Shown here: piece after piece, positions 45,295-55,319 of the stretch
Layout: each line of letters begins with the position of its first letter
Numbering within the stretch: position 1 is the first letter of the stretch
Assembly: GCA_977020255.1 (NCBI GenBank)
Contig: CDROCS010002105.1
Span: 248,001 to 312,000, forward strand
Direction: 5' to 3'
Length of the DNA: 64,000 nucleotides
Source of the DNA: Obrimoposthia wandeli
Taxonomy: Eukaryota
Notes under the pieces: generated by a model
Seen by the model: the letters and a program-made list of their open reading frames with translations, nothing else
Database searches by the model: none
Told to the model about the DNA's origin: nothing
Position numbers and translations under genes: made by a program

Positions 45295-45510
45295 ATGTTT
45301 CAAAAAGAACACCTAATCAAACTAGCCAATATGAAAATGCCATTTGGAAAGTACAGTGGGCGAGTATTGATCGATCTGCCTGAGGAATATTTGCTGTGGT
45401 TTCGAAAGCAGGGTTTCCCAGAGGGAGAACTAGGCACGTTAATGGCACTGGCGCTGGAATTTCAAATTGAAGGGCTGGAATCGGTTATACGACCTTTGAG
45501 GCATGATTAG
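45295..45510 (+). CDS. DUF3820-family small protein
   Basis: MPFGKYSGRVLIDLPEEYLLWF. Confidence 0.85.
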   Translation: MFQKEHLIKLANMKMPFGKYSGRVLIDLPEEYLLWFRKQGFPEGELGTLMALALEFQIEGLESVIRPLRHD

Positions 45511-45551
45511 TCGCGAGTTCAGTTCACTCTAGTCATTAATGTCCACAAAAG

Positions 45552-45581
45552 AAAAAGGTACAGCTTATGCCGTACCTTTTT
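45552..45581. terminator. Bidirectional terminator
   Basis: AAAAAGGTAC...GTACCTTTTT. Confidence 0.75.
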
Positions 45582-45645
45582 CATATGTTCTTATAGTAGA
45601 AGCGTCGGTTAATACTGACACCTTACAGTCACAGCTTTTAATCGA

Positions 45646-46071
45646 TTAGTACTTACCTAGGTAAGCGTAACCTGTTGTGAATGCAGCTTCTTGGAACTGA
45701 CGTAGACCCGTTGCACGGAAATCAATTCCCATTGGATTACGCTTAAGCTTCTGCTTAATTTCAGCATTTGTCATGAAGTCTACTTCAAGACCTTCAATTA
45801 ACTGAATAGCTGATTCTAGCTTAAAGCCAACAGAACTACCTGCAAACTTACCGCGTGTTTCACGAGTACGAATAACAACACGCTCAACTTTGTAATCATC
45901 CAATAGCTTTTTAAATGCGAATTGGAATTCTCTCATTTGTTCGTTATCAAGAGAGTCCTGCATGATGAACTTCTGAGTACGACACTGAGGAAGATCAAAC
46001 AGACCATCTTTTAGAGAAAGAAGGCAAACAATTGCCTCGTTGCTTCGTAACTCAACAGCACAAATTTTCAT
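45646..46071 (-). CDS. DUF3010-family protein
   Basis: MKICAVELRSNEAIVCLL, GKFAGSSVGFKLESAIQL. Confidence 0.8.
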   Translation of the reverse strand: MKICAVELRSNEAIVCLLSLKDGLFDLPQCRTQKFIMQDSLDNEQMREFQFAFKKLLDDYKVERVVIRTRETRGKFAGSSVGFKLESAIQLIEGLEVDFMTNAEIKQKLKRNPMGIDFRATGLRQFQEAAFTTGYAYLGKY

Positions 46072-46177
46072 GTAAACACCTAATCATTTTTCTAGCTGAA
46101 CATTGTAGGCTAAAACCCGAAGTATTGTCAGGCTTTCACTCAGAAATCATTAAAAAACCAATTATTCCAATCGTCTT

Positions 46178-47788
46178 CTAAGGTTGTAAGCTCATTATTT
46201 TAATTGTTGATGAAAACATCTGTTCAAGTTGCTCTGCATTCATTGGTTGACTAAGAAAGTGACCTTGTAACAATGCGGTCTCTAATGTTGAAACTTTAGT
46301 CAGCACTTTTTGGTTTTCAATACCTTCAATAACGACTTTTGCACCGATGCTTTTTGCCAGAAAAGCAATGGATGAAATGATGGCAAAATTATTATTCTTA
46401 CGACTCATCTCAATCACGTATTGAGCATCAATTTTTATCTGTTTTATTGGCATATCACTTAACATGGTCAATGATGTATAACCTGAACCAAAATCATCAA
46501 CACTTAGTGTAATGCCAAGTGCGTATAGCTTTCTGAGTGCATTTTTAGCCAAGATAATATCAGCAATCATGGCACTTTCTGTTATTTCTAATATGACTTG
46601 ATTTGGGTTTATATTAAAAGTGTCTAATTGTTCTTTTAAGTAATCAACAATGGCATCATTTTGTAAATCGCAAGCAGATAAATTAATTTGAAGGGATCGG
46701 TAATGTCCTGAGTCTTGCCATATTTCAAGCTGGGTAAAAGCAGCGTGGATCACCCATTGTGTGATCGATGAAATTAGCCCCGCTTTTTCTGCGACCGGAA
46801 TAAATAAAGAAGGAGAGATGTAACTACCATCTTGCTGCCGCCAGCGAATTAATGCTTCTAAGCTATAAACTGTTCGACCATCATTTTCAAAAATAGGTTG
46901 GTAATGCAATGAAAATTCATTCTTAGCGAGTGCGTTACGAATTTTATCGTTAAGCTGAATGTGTTGTATAGAACTTCGCTCATAATCTATTGAGTAAAAA
47001 CAGAAACCAGACGCTTGTTTCTTCGCTTTGTACATTGCCACATCTGCCGACTTTATCAATTCAGTGATACTGCAAGAATGCTCAGGGTAGCAGGCTATAC
47101 CAATACTCATTTGAATATGAACCATCGTACCACGAATGAAAAAAGGCTTTTTTAAGATGCTTTGTAGCAGTTGAATACAATCGGTAACTTCATTTTTCTT
47201 TGTGTAATCTAGAATGATGGCAAATTCATCACCTCCTAACCGAATTAGCTCAACATTATTGTTTACCGTATTGTTTTTCTTAAATATAGCTTGGATGCGT
47301 GTTGCTATTGCTTTCAATAAAGCATCACCCGCTAAGTGACCAAACGCATCATTTACTTGCTTAAAGTTATCGAGGTCGATAAGCATTAAGGAAAAATGTT
47401 GTTTGTGCTGGGTTTTAAACTTTAAGTTTTGCCACATGAACTGACGATTTTTAAGCCCTGTTAGTGCGTCATGTTGAGCGTTAAAGCGCTCATTTATTGC
47501 TGTGATTTGGTATTGGTTAATACTCTTCAGGCTAAGGTGCATGGCTAGTAAGATAAACAAACTACCAATTGCAAAAATTGGAGTGATAAACAGTTCTAAA
47601 GGGCTGAAAGGAAGCAACAAAAGTAGAACTGTGTGAGTGACTGAACCAAAAATGAAAAAGATTAAAAACGTGGCGAGAATACGCCAGCCTTTATGGTTGT
47701 TTTTGCCACAAATCGACAATGTTGGGCTAATGGAAAGCAGTAGAATTAGCGTACTGAACATTGTTAAAGAGGGCGCAATATAATTCAT
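46178..47788 (-). CDS. Membrane-anchored GGDEF-EAL c-di-GMP enzyme
   Basis: Three N-terminal TM segments; HDALTGLKNR, GGDEF, EAL and DDFGSGY intact; no RxxD I-site. The ORF-track start (TTG 47830) falls inside a repeat, so ATG 47788 is preferred. Confidence 0.9.
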   Translation of the reverse strand: MNYIAPSLTMFSTLILLLSISPTLSICGKNNHKGWRILATFLIFFIFGSVTHTVLLLLLPFSPLELFITPIFAIGSLFILLAMHLSLKSINQYQITAINERFNAQHDALTGLKNRQFMWQNLKFKTQHKQHFSLMLIDLDNFKQVNDAFGHLAGDALLKAIATRIQAIFKKNNTVNNNVELIRLGGDEFAIILDYTKKNEVTDCIQLLQSILKKPFFIRGTMVHIQMSIGIACYPEHSCSITELIKSADVAMYKAKKQASGFCFYSIDYERSSIQHIQLNDKIRNALAKNEFSLHYQPIFENDGRTVYSLEALIRWRQQDGSYISPSLFIPVAEKAGLISSITQWVIHAAFTQLEIWQDSGHYRSLQINLSACDLQNDAIVDYLKEQLDTFNINPNQVILEITESAMIADIILAKNALRKLYALGITLSVDDFGSGYTSLTMLSDMPIKQIKIDAQYVIEMSRKNNNFAIISSIAFLAKSIGAKVVIEGIENQKVLTKVSTLETALLQGHFLSQPMNAEQLEQMFSSTIKIMSLQP

Positions 47789-47821
47789 TTTTTGCTCAGT
47801 TATTATATATGTTGAATGGTT

Positions 47822-47891
47822 TATATCCAATCTGTCTCAAAGGCTCGCTGAGCTTATTCTGATTCCTGAATCTTGAGGTCGCTTGGGTGTA
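47822..47891. repeat. ERIC/MITE-like remnant with both ends
   Basis: TATATCCAATCTGTCTCAA...ATCTTGAGGTCGCTTGGGTGTA. Confidence 0.65.
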
Positions 47892-47900
47892 TTAATCGGG

Positions 47901-48407
47901 TTAAGATTTTGAATTTTTGGAAATATCTATATGAGTTAGATATAAACGCATATCAAATTCTAGCTGGTGATAGTTGGGTTCCATGTGGCAACACAATTGA
48001 TAGAAAGACTTGTTATGTTCTTTTTCTCGTAGATGGGCAAGTTCATGCACGACGATCATACGTAAAAAAGCTAATGGTGCGTCTTTAAATACGGCAGCGA
48101 CACGGATTTCGTGTTTAGATTTTAGTTTTCCACCTTGTACTCGAGAGATAAATGTATGAAGGCCTAAAGCATGGTGAATAACATTGATCTTATTATCGTA
48201 TGCAACCTTGCTAATAGGAGCCGATTTTTTTAAGTATTGGTTTTTAATTTCAACAACATAATCATACAAGGCTTTCTCTGTTTTAATGTTATGATTTTCA
48301 GGATATTTCTTTAGCAATAATGCTTCAAGCCTTTGACTATCTATCAGTTGTTGTACTTGGCTGGTCAAATCAGAAGAGTAACCTTGGAGGTATTTCAATT
48401 CTTGCAT
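47901..48407 (-). CDS. YgjP-like metallopeptidase family protein
   Basis: VVHELAHLREKEHNKSFYQLC..MEPNYHQLEFD (HExxH). Confidence 0.9.
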   Translation of the reverse strand: MQELKYLQGYSSDLTSQVQQLIDSQRLEALLLKKYPENHNIKTEKALYDYVVEIKNQYLKKSAPISKVAYDNKINVIHHALGLHTFISRVQGGKLKSKHEIRVAAVFKDAPLAFLRMIVVHELAHLREKEHNKSFYQLCCHMEPNYHQLEFDMRLYLTHIDISKNSKS

Positions 48408-48677
48408 AGAAAATCATCTCGATAACACATGGAAAACAATAAATGAGAAAGCAGCCTGATTTTATAAGTCTTCCTTAGTTCTGGCAATATAATATCAGTA
48501 AAATAGTTGTACTATTTATGCGACTTGTCACCGTATTTCTAAGCTAAATCTGTATGGTTATGATTATTTGCACAGTGCATCAATAGATTGGGTATGGCGC
48601 TATATACTTAGTTTGTAACGTCGCTTTATTGCGCTAGATAGTTGCACTAATTTCTTGAATTCAGCGATAGACATTGA

Positions 48678-49163
48678 GTGACAAACAGAATCATATATAT
48701 GGAGTTTTTTATGAGTCTTAAGCTACCACCACCGCTATTGCTGTTGTTATCTTTTGGTGGAATGTATTTATTGGCAATGTACTGGCCGCTTTGGGTATTC
48801 GTTTTCTCTGGGCAATCTTTTGTCGTTCTTACTTTATGTTTTTTAGGCGCTATTCTTGGGTTAGCTGGCATCGTTTCGTTTGCGAAAGCCAAAACATCGA
48901 TTGATCCAAGGAAGCCACAAAAGGCATCTCGTCTTATTACCTCAGGAATATACCGTTATTCTCGTAATCCTATGTATTTAGGATTAGTGCTATTTCAATT
49001 AGCCGCAGTCTTTTACTTTGGCGCAATATCGTGTTTTTTGATGCTTGGTATCTTTGTCTTTTTCATGAATAACTTTCAAATAGAGCCTGAAGAAGAAGTG
49101 CTTACCGCTATATTTGGCGATGATTACAAAAAGTATTGCAGTGAAGTTCGCCGCTGGTGCTAG
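48678..49163 (+). CDS. Isoprenylcysteine carboxyl methyltransferase/PEMT-family membrane protein
   Basis: LITSGIYRYSRNPMYLG, EEEVLTAIFGDDYKKYCSEVRRW. Confidence 0.9.
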   Translation: MTNRIIYMEFFMSLKLPPPLLLLLSFGGMYLLAMYWPLWVFVFSGQSFVVLTLCFLGAILGLAGIVSFAKAKTSIDPRKPQKASRLITSGIYRYSRNPMYLGLVLFQLAAVFYFGAISCFLMLGIFVFFMNNFQIEPEEEVLTAIFGDDYKKYCSEVRRWC

Positions 49164-49182
49164 TTGCGGTAACTTGGGTATA
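49164..49182. repeat. ERIC/MITE-like right end
   Basis: TTGCGGTAACTTGGGTATA directly after the stop codon. Confidence 0.5.
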
Positions 49183-49351
49183 TCCATACGTGATGAGCAG
49201 TATTCGTTATTGTCTTGCTGCTATAAGACCGTGAGCTTGCCTGAAATGGGCTAATAGCATAGCATTGTGAACAGTGTTCACTTTTTTGAAGTGAATGATA
49301 TTACTATAAATTCAAGCCATTAACTTGTGCACCGTCGAAAGGAAATTCCAA

Positions 49352-50800
49352 GTGAATCTGAATGATCCCAGTTTGTTTAAACAAAAGTGTTATATAGCAG
49401 GTCAATGGGTAACAGCTGAAAACGGCAAAGTAGAGCCTGTTACAAATCCATCGACGGGTGAAATTATCGGCTATGTACCTGTAATGGGGCATGAAGAAAC
49501 CCTGCACGCTATTGAGGTTGCACAGCAAGCATTTTTAAGCTGGAAAAAAGTGTCAGCTAAAGAGCGTTCAAATACGTTACGTAAATGGTATGAACTTATT
49601 TTAGAAAATGTCGATGATCTCGCGACCATCATGACAACTGAGCAAGGTAAACCTTTTGCTGAAGCCAAAGGTGAAGTGGTTTACGCCGCTAATTTTATTG
49701 AATGGTTTGCCGAAGAAGCGAAGCGTACATACGGTGAAGTAATACCAAGCCATAAAATCGATGCTCGAATTGTTGTATCAAAAGAACCTATTGGTGTTGT
49801 AGGTGCTATTACACCGTGGAATTTCCCAGCCGCAATGATCACTCGTAAATGTGGCCCTGCATTTGCGGCAGGTTGTGCCGTTGTATTAAAACCAGCCCCA
49901 GATACACCGTTTAGTGCTTTTGCATTGGCTGAACTTGCCGATCGTGCGGGATTACCGTCAGGCTTATTTAACGTTATCACGGGTGATGCTGTTGCTATTG
50001 GTGGCGAACTGACGAAGAATAAAGTGGTAAAGAAAATCTCTTTTACGGGTTCAACGGCGGTTGGTAAGTTGCTAATGGCACAGTCGGCTCCAACAGTGAA
50101 AAAATTGTCGTTAGAGCTAGGTGGTAATGCACCATTTATCGTTTTTGAAGATGCAGATCTGGATGCAGCTATTGATGGCGTTATGGTTGCTAAATTCCGT
50201 AATGCAGGTCAAACCTGTGTGTGTGCAAACCGTTTATATGTACATGAAACAGTGTATGACGTCTTTGTTGAAAAGCTGGTTCAGCGAGTATCAACACTAA
50301 TAATGGCTGACGGTTTTACCGATGGCGCGACAATCGGACCATTAATTAATCGAGCATCTGCTGAAAAAGTACAAAGTCATGTAACAGATGCTTTAGAAAA
50401 GGGGGCAACCTTAGCATTCGGTGAAAAGGCTGATTCAACAACAAACTTCTTTCCTCCGCATGTTATTACACACGTTACTGATGAAATGCGTGTAGCTACA
50501 GAAGAAACATTTGGCCCTTTGGCTGCAGTATTCAGTTTTGCGACAGAAGATGAAGTTATTGCCCGTGCAAATAATACAGATTCAGGTTTAGCATCATATG
50601 TTTATACTCGCTCATTAAAGCGTGCATGGCGCATGGGTGAAAGCCTAGAGTTCGGTATGGTGGGTATTAATGAAGGGTTAATTTCTACTGAAGTTGCACC
50701 TTTTGGTGGCGTGAAAGAATCGGGACTTGGTCGAGAAGGTGCTCGACAAGGGATCTGTGATTACATGGAAACAAAGTACATGCTAATGGGCGGCCTGTAA
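49352..50800 (+). CDS. gabD: NADP-dependent succinate-semialdehyde dehydrogenase
   Basis: GTG start 49352 with AAAGGA RBS; ITPWNFPAAMITRK, SFTGSTAVG, LELGGNAP, FRNAGQTCVC, PFGGVKESGLGREG. Confidence 0.93.
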   Translation: MNLNDPSLFKQKCYIAGQWVTAENGKVEPVTNPSTGEIIGYVPVMGHEETLHAIEVAQQAFLSWKKVSAKERSNTLRKWYELILENVDDLATIMTTEQGKPFAEAKGEVVYAANFIEWFAEEAKRTYGEVIPSHKIDARIVVSKEPIGVVGAITPWNFPAAMITRKCGPAFAAGCAVVLKPAPDTPFSAFALAELADRAGLPSGLFNVITGDAVAIGGELTKNKVVKKISFTGSTAVGKLLMAQSAPTVKKLSLELGGNAPFIVFEDADLDAAIDGVMVAKFRNAGQTCVCANRLYVHETVYDVFVEKLVQRVSTLIMADGFTDGATIGPLINRASAEKVQSHVTDALEKGATLAFGEKADSTTNFFPPHVITHVTDEMRVATEETFGPLAAVFSFATEDEVIARANNTDSGLASYVYTRSLKRAWRMGESLEFGMVGINEGLISTEVAPFGGVKESGLGREGARQGICDYMETKYMLMGGL

Positions 50801-50824
50801 GGTTTAGCTAAATAGATATAATTT

Positions 50825-50853
50825 AAACGGTAACATTATCGTTACCGTTTTTT
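50825..50853. terminator. Bidirectional terminator
   Basis: AAACGGTAAC-ATTATC-GTTACCGTTTTTT. Confidence 0.85.
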
Positions 50854-50906
50854 AGATTTCGTTTAAATTGAGTGCGTTTACGCTATATACCGTATATTAC
50901 TAATCG

Positions 50907-51551
50907 TTATTTGGCTTGTGGAAGATTAAGTGCAAATCCTTCAAAATTTGATTGAATCACATCACTTAAATTTGACGGTGAGGGAAACGGCTGATCAGCA
51001 GGTTCAACCATACTGTCGACTAAAGCATCTATAATTTTATCACTCGTCTTTTCTTTTTTATCATCATCTTTCTTAAGTTTATAAGATGCTGATGTATCTT
51101 GAGATGTTTCTATTATACCAGCCCAAACTGTATGGTTATTCTGCTTATCTGTAATGGTGTAATTAACTTTTACTGATCGCGTGGTTACTTTATAAAGTTG
51201 ATCGCTGCTATTGGTACTATTTCGAATATCGTTGGTCAATATGTCTGCGTTAATCTGATATTGCCCATTACTGCTTATCGTTATATCAGCTCGTTTTTCT
51301 CGAATGGCAGCAGTAAGTTGTGGGGCAATCGCTTTGGGCGTTATTTCATCGGAATTCAGTGATGAGGTGACAGTAATTTTTGAAACCCCTCCTTTCTCAA
51401 TGGCATTCACATCGAAGCTAGGATCTTGACGTAGCCCGTTAACATTGGGTTTACTCCATTCTTCGAGCTGTGCACAACCTGAAAGTGTACTTAGAGCCAA
51501 AGCAAATAGAACTAAGTATTTTAATCGTTTGGTCAATTTTTGCGTGTCCAT
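50907..51551 (-). CDS. Hypothetical lipoprotein
   Basis: Lipobox LSGC; no recognisable domain. Confidence 0.75.
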   Translation of the reverse strand: MDTQKLTKRLKYLVLFALALSTLSGCAQLEEWSKPNVNGLRQDPSFDVNAIEKGGVSKITVTSSLNSDEITPKAIAPQLTAAIREKRADITISSNGQYQINADILTNDIRNSTNSSDQLYKVTTRSVKVNYTITDKQNNHTVWAGIIETSQDTSASYKLKKDDDKKEKTSDKIIDALVDSMVEPADQPFPSPSNLSDVIQSNFEGFALNLPQAK

Positions 51552-51701
51552 TACGACCTCTATATGATGCTATTTTTAAAACCATAGCGTATGAATGGAG
51601 TGCATGGAGTAAAAATAAAAAATGGTGTTTTATTTTTATCATCTACATTGTGAATGTTCTAGTTAACTAATCATTGATTGCAGGAATGATCGCTTCTAGC
51701 G

Positions 51702-51746
51702 TATATCCAAGTTACGAGTCCTGCATCTTGAGGCTGCTTGGGTATA
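51702..51746. repeat. ERIC/MITE-like remnant with both ends
   Basis: TATATCCAAGTTACGAGTCCTGCATCTTGAGGCTGCTTGGGTATA. Confidence 0.7.
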
Positions 51747-51911
51747 AACATCTTCTTTCTCTTTATCCTTACGCGATTATTCCTTAATATTGCATTTCAA
51801 ATCATTCATTTGGTTATTGTGATAAATGGAATCCGTTTTATACGGTAATCATAGATTACAATGTACCGATAACTAACAAATGAAGGCTTATAAAGGCCTG
51901 AGGGATAACAG

Positions 51912-52445
51912 ATGAGCAAAGCGAAAATCGGTATTGTGACAGTAAGTGATCGTGCTAGTGCTGGTGTTTACGAAGATATTTCTGGCCAAGCCATTATCGA
52001 TACGTTGAATGACTACTTAACATCGCCTTGGGAGCCTGTATACCAAGTAATCCCTGATGAGCAAGACGTGATTGAAGCAACCCTTATCAAAATGGCGGAT
52101 GAGCAAGATTGCAGCCTTATTGTAACAACAGGCGGCACTGGCCCTGCAAAGCGTGATGTAACACCAGAAGCAACAGAAGCTGTGTGTGACCGTATGATGC
52201 CAGGTTTCGGCGAGCTAATGCGTACTGAATCATTGAAATTTGTACCAACTGCGATTTTATCGCGCCAAACGGCGGGCCTTCGTGGTGATAGCTTGATTGT
52301 AAACCTACCGGGTAAGCCAAAATCTATCCGTGAGTGTCTGGATGCGGTATTCCCTGCTATACCTTATTGTATCGATTTGATGGAAGGTCCATTCCTTGAA
52401 TGTAACGAGGAAGTGATTAAACCTTTCCGTCCTAAGCAGAAGTAA
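51912..52445 (+). CDS. mog: Molybdopterin adenylyltransferase
   Basis: IGIVTVSDRASAGVYEDISG, TTGGTGPAKRDVTPEAT, NLPGKPKSIRECL. Confidence 0.96.
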   Translation: MSKAKIGIVTVSDRASAGVYEDISGQAIIDTLNDYLTSPWEPVYQVIPDEQDVIEATLIKMADEQDCSLIVTTGGTGPAKRDVTPEATEAVCDRMMPGFGELMRTESLKFVPTAILSRQTAGLRGDSLIVNLPGKPKSIRECLDAVFPAIPYCIDLMEGPFLECNEEVIKPFRPKQK

Positions 52446-52468
52446 TGACTTCAGCTTAACTAATTTAC

Positions 52469-52497
52469 AAATCGGTAGCCTTATGGCTACCGTTTTT
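52469..52497 (+). terminator. Terminator after mog
   Basis: CGGTAGCC-TTAT-GGCTACCG-TTTTT. Confidence 0.85.
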
Positions 52498-52513
52498 ATA
52501 TGAGGGCAGTATC

Positions 52514-53197
52514 GTGAAATATAGAGCCATTATTATCGCTTTGGGTTTATTCGTTTTACCCGTTCATGCTAGCTGGGATAAAGTAAAAGATTCTGCATCT
52601 GATTTAGGTAGCGCAATCGGTGATACCAGTAAAGATGCATGGGACAGTGTATCTGATTTTTCGAAAGAAACATGGGAATCTGGTGAAGCTAAACTGGATG
52701 AGATGTTAGAGCCAGAAACCCCAGAAGAAGCTCGAAAAGCACTAAATACAATGTCTGATACTGCACTTGCTCGATTATTTGATAAGCAACCTTCGGCAAA
52801 AGTATTGTTTAATTCGGCTTATGGCTATGCCGTTTTTGATTCCCGAAAATTCTCATTGATGTTGCACACTAACCAAGGCGCAGGTGTCGCGGTGAATCGT
52901 AAGACAAACAAACGTACATACATGAAAATGTTTGGTGCGGGCCTAGCTGCTGGGATTGGTGGGAAATTCTATCAGCAAATCATCTTTTTTGAAGATCAAA
53001 AAACATTTGATGGTTTTGTGAAAGATGGCTGGGAGGCTACATCTGAAATGGGGGCTGTTGCGGGTACTGAAAGTGCAGAATTAACCGCGAAATATAATGG
53101 TGGAATGGCTATTTATCAAATAGGCGAAAAGGGTTTGTTGCTTGATGCAAACGTGTCTGGTTCTAAATACTGGATTGATACCGATTTAATGCAATGA
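52514..53197 (+). CDS. Exported protein with Ysc84/SYLF-like C-terminal domain
   Basis: Signal peptide; AYGYAVFD...GAGVAV...GAGLAAGIG...IIFFED...F..F pattern. Confidence 0.65.
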   Translation: MKYRAIIIALGLFVLPVHASWDKVKDSASDLGSAIGDTSKDAWDSVSDFSKETWESGEAKLDEMLEPETPEEARKALNTMSDTALARLFDKQPSAKVLFNSAYGYAVFDSRKFSLMLHTNQGAGVAVNRKTNKRTYMKMFGAGLAAGIGGKFYQQIIFFEDQKTFDGFVKDGWEATSEMGAVAGTESAELTAKYNGGMAIYQIGEKGLLLDANVSGSKYWIDTDLMQ

Positions 53198-53236
53198 TCG
53201 TTATTTGTTCTATTTGAACTTAAACTCGGTACTTAC

Positions 53237-53265
53237 ACGAGAGGAGTGATTTACACTCCTCTCGT
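53237..53265. terminator. Inverted repeat between convergent genes
   Basis: ACGAGAGGAGTG-ATTTA-CACTCCTCTCGT. Confidence 0.7.
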
Positions 53266-53280
53266 TGTAGTTCTAAGAAA

Positions 53281-54813
53281 CTATTTCTGATTCTTGGTTA
53301 TATTGACAGGCTGAGCCAAAGCTTTCGGAAAATGTCTACTTTCGGCTAATTGTTCAGCAACTCGAACAACATCTGCAGTGTTAAGAGCATGCGTCACTCG
53401 AAATTGTTCTTCGCGTGACAATAAGCCTGCGAATATATCTTTAGTGATCAGACCTTCTTCTACCAGTTTGTCTAAAATAGCATCTGCTGCTGATATAGCA
53501 GACGACGCTTTTACAATTTCAGATCGGGCGTAACGTTGATCTTCGAAAGAAACATCTGCAGCACGTAATGTTGGGTCATTCCCCGGAATTTGCTGTGCAC
53601 CAAAAAGAGGGTTTCCACCCACAATAGCATCATCAAATTTTGGAACAAATTGTGCCATGTGATTGATTGCTCGTTGTGTTCGGGCTACTACTTCAAACGG
53701 TTTCCACTTTGTCTTCAGCTTACTAATAAAGTGTTCTTCAAGTTTTGGCTGAGCACTTTGTTTGGTTGAACTGACGAGCCCTTTTTTGAATAAGGTTATG
53801 TCTTCAGTCATGCCATGAAGTTGGAAGTATCCATCAGGGTAGGGGGTTAATTGTGCCATACCATTGGGTGTTCCACGTTCGCCGTGAAAAATTACCTCTG
53901 GCCAAACACCTTTACATGTTGGCCATTGAGTGACATAAGCGGCTTTAAATTCAACCATGCGGTTTCGTTTAATGTTAGCCATATCATCTAATGAGCCTGT
54001 TCGATAGCCACAAGCATTGACGAGATAATCAACGGTTATACTCTCCGTTTGATGATCATTAAGTGGATCATTAAAGCGTTGAAAAGAAATATTCCAAGTT
54101 TGTTGGTTCTCACAATCGCTTTTTTCTATCTTAGTAACTTTGGCGTTAGTATAAATCTTACAGGCTGGCAATTTATCAAAAGCTAGAGACGCAGTTGCAG
54201 CAATTCTAAATATGCTTAATCCGTACTCTTGCACCATGATAATGGGGTATTTGAACGTATTTAAATTCAAATTTTTAGCCACTGGAATCATCCAATCATC
54301 CAGTGAAACTGGCATTAACGGTAAACTTTTAGCAGCCAGATTTATCAAATCTTGTTGTTGATAAACTTTAAAATATTCATCTGGGTCACCAAGTACAGCA
54401 TTGCCTTCGTCCTGCTCTATGAGTTTTTTATATACCTTTTTAAGTAACTTTAAGCGTGGTAATAATGTATCAGGATTACCTGAATCGCGTAATGGCACAG
54501 CGATAACGGTTGGCCGGATGTTTGCTGTATGAGGAAAAACACGCAGCGTATCTATCGATTGACGAAGTAATGTGACGCATTGTTCGTCCGATATCTCGCG
54601 ATACAAATTACCGCCAGCATGTAAGTGACAAATAGGAGGACCATTGACTAAGGTCGCGCCTTCTTCAATTAAAGTCACTGGTATGCCAAGTTCGGCTAAA
54701 CGTAGTGCTACGGTTGAACCTGCAACACCACCTCCTACAACACCAACGGTGATTTTAGTTTTTATTGAGCCATTGATGTTTTCAAAAGGTGTATCAGAAA
54801 CATTTACATTCAT
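53281..54813 (-). CDS. FAD-dependent oxidoreductase of unknown substrate
   Basis: VGVVGGGVAGSTVALRLAELG Rossmann motif; CHLHAGGNLYREIS. Confidence 0.85.
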   Translation of the reverse strand: MNVNVSDTPFENINGSIKTKITVGVVGGGVAGSTVALRLAELGIPVTLIEEGATLVNGPPICHLHAGGNLYREISDEQCVTLLRQSIDTLRVFPHTANIRPTVIAVPLRDSGNPDTLLPRLKLLKKVYKKLIEQDEGNAVLGDPDEYFKVYQQQDLINLAAKSLPLMPVSLDDWMIPVAKNLNLNTFKYPIIMVQEYGLSIFRIAATASLAFDKLPACKIYTNAKVTKIEKSDCENQQTWNISFQRFNDPLNDHQTESITVDYLVNACGYRTGSLDDMANIKRNRMVEFKAAYVTQWPTCKGVWPEVIFHGERGTPNGMAQLTPYPDGYFQLHGMTEDITLFKKGLVSSTKQSAQPKLEEHFISKLKTKWKPFEVVARTQRAINHMAQFVPKFDDAIVGGNPLFGAQQIPGNDPTLRAADVSFEDQRYARSEIVKASSAISAADAILDKLVEEGLITKDIFAGLLSREEQFRVTHALNTADVVRVAEQLAESRHFPKALAQPVNITKNQK

Positions 54814-55073
54814 ATTCTACTTGTCTGTGATCAAATCAAACATGGTCATATTAAGGGGTATTCTACTTGGCATTAATCATGTTTAAAACTATTTCGACAG
54901 TTGTAATTGTTAAAATATGTACTTTTAGCGGTAAGAAAACAGTATTAGCCAATAAACGTGCAGTGAAACTCGCTTTTTTTGTTTTTAATGACTTATTAGC
55001 GGTAGGGTTATTTGATGGTTGTTCATATATTAAACTTAAATAAAGTAAGTGAATACGCTGAGTGATAAGAGTT

Positions 55074-55108
55074 TCTTGTAATGCAGTCTTGTAATGCAGT
55101 CTTGTAAT
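55074..55108. repeat. 13-bp tandem repeat (2.7 copies)
   Basis: TCTTGTAATGCAG TCTTGTAATGCAG TCTTGTAAT. Confidence 0.85.
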
Positions 55109-55319
55109 AGTAGGGGTTACCTATAAGTAATTGATAGTTAAGTTAATAGCTGTAAGTTATATATGATTTCCAATTATAGGACAATAATAACTATCGTGCT
55201 GAAATAATTTAATAAAAATTGAACTATATGGAAGAAATAGAAAGTCGGCTTGTAAAGAATAAGAACTGAGCCTAAAAGTGTACATGGTAGTGGCACTAAA
55301 ATAATAAAAGGATTGAAAA

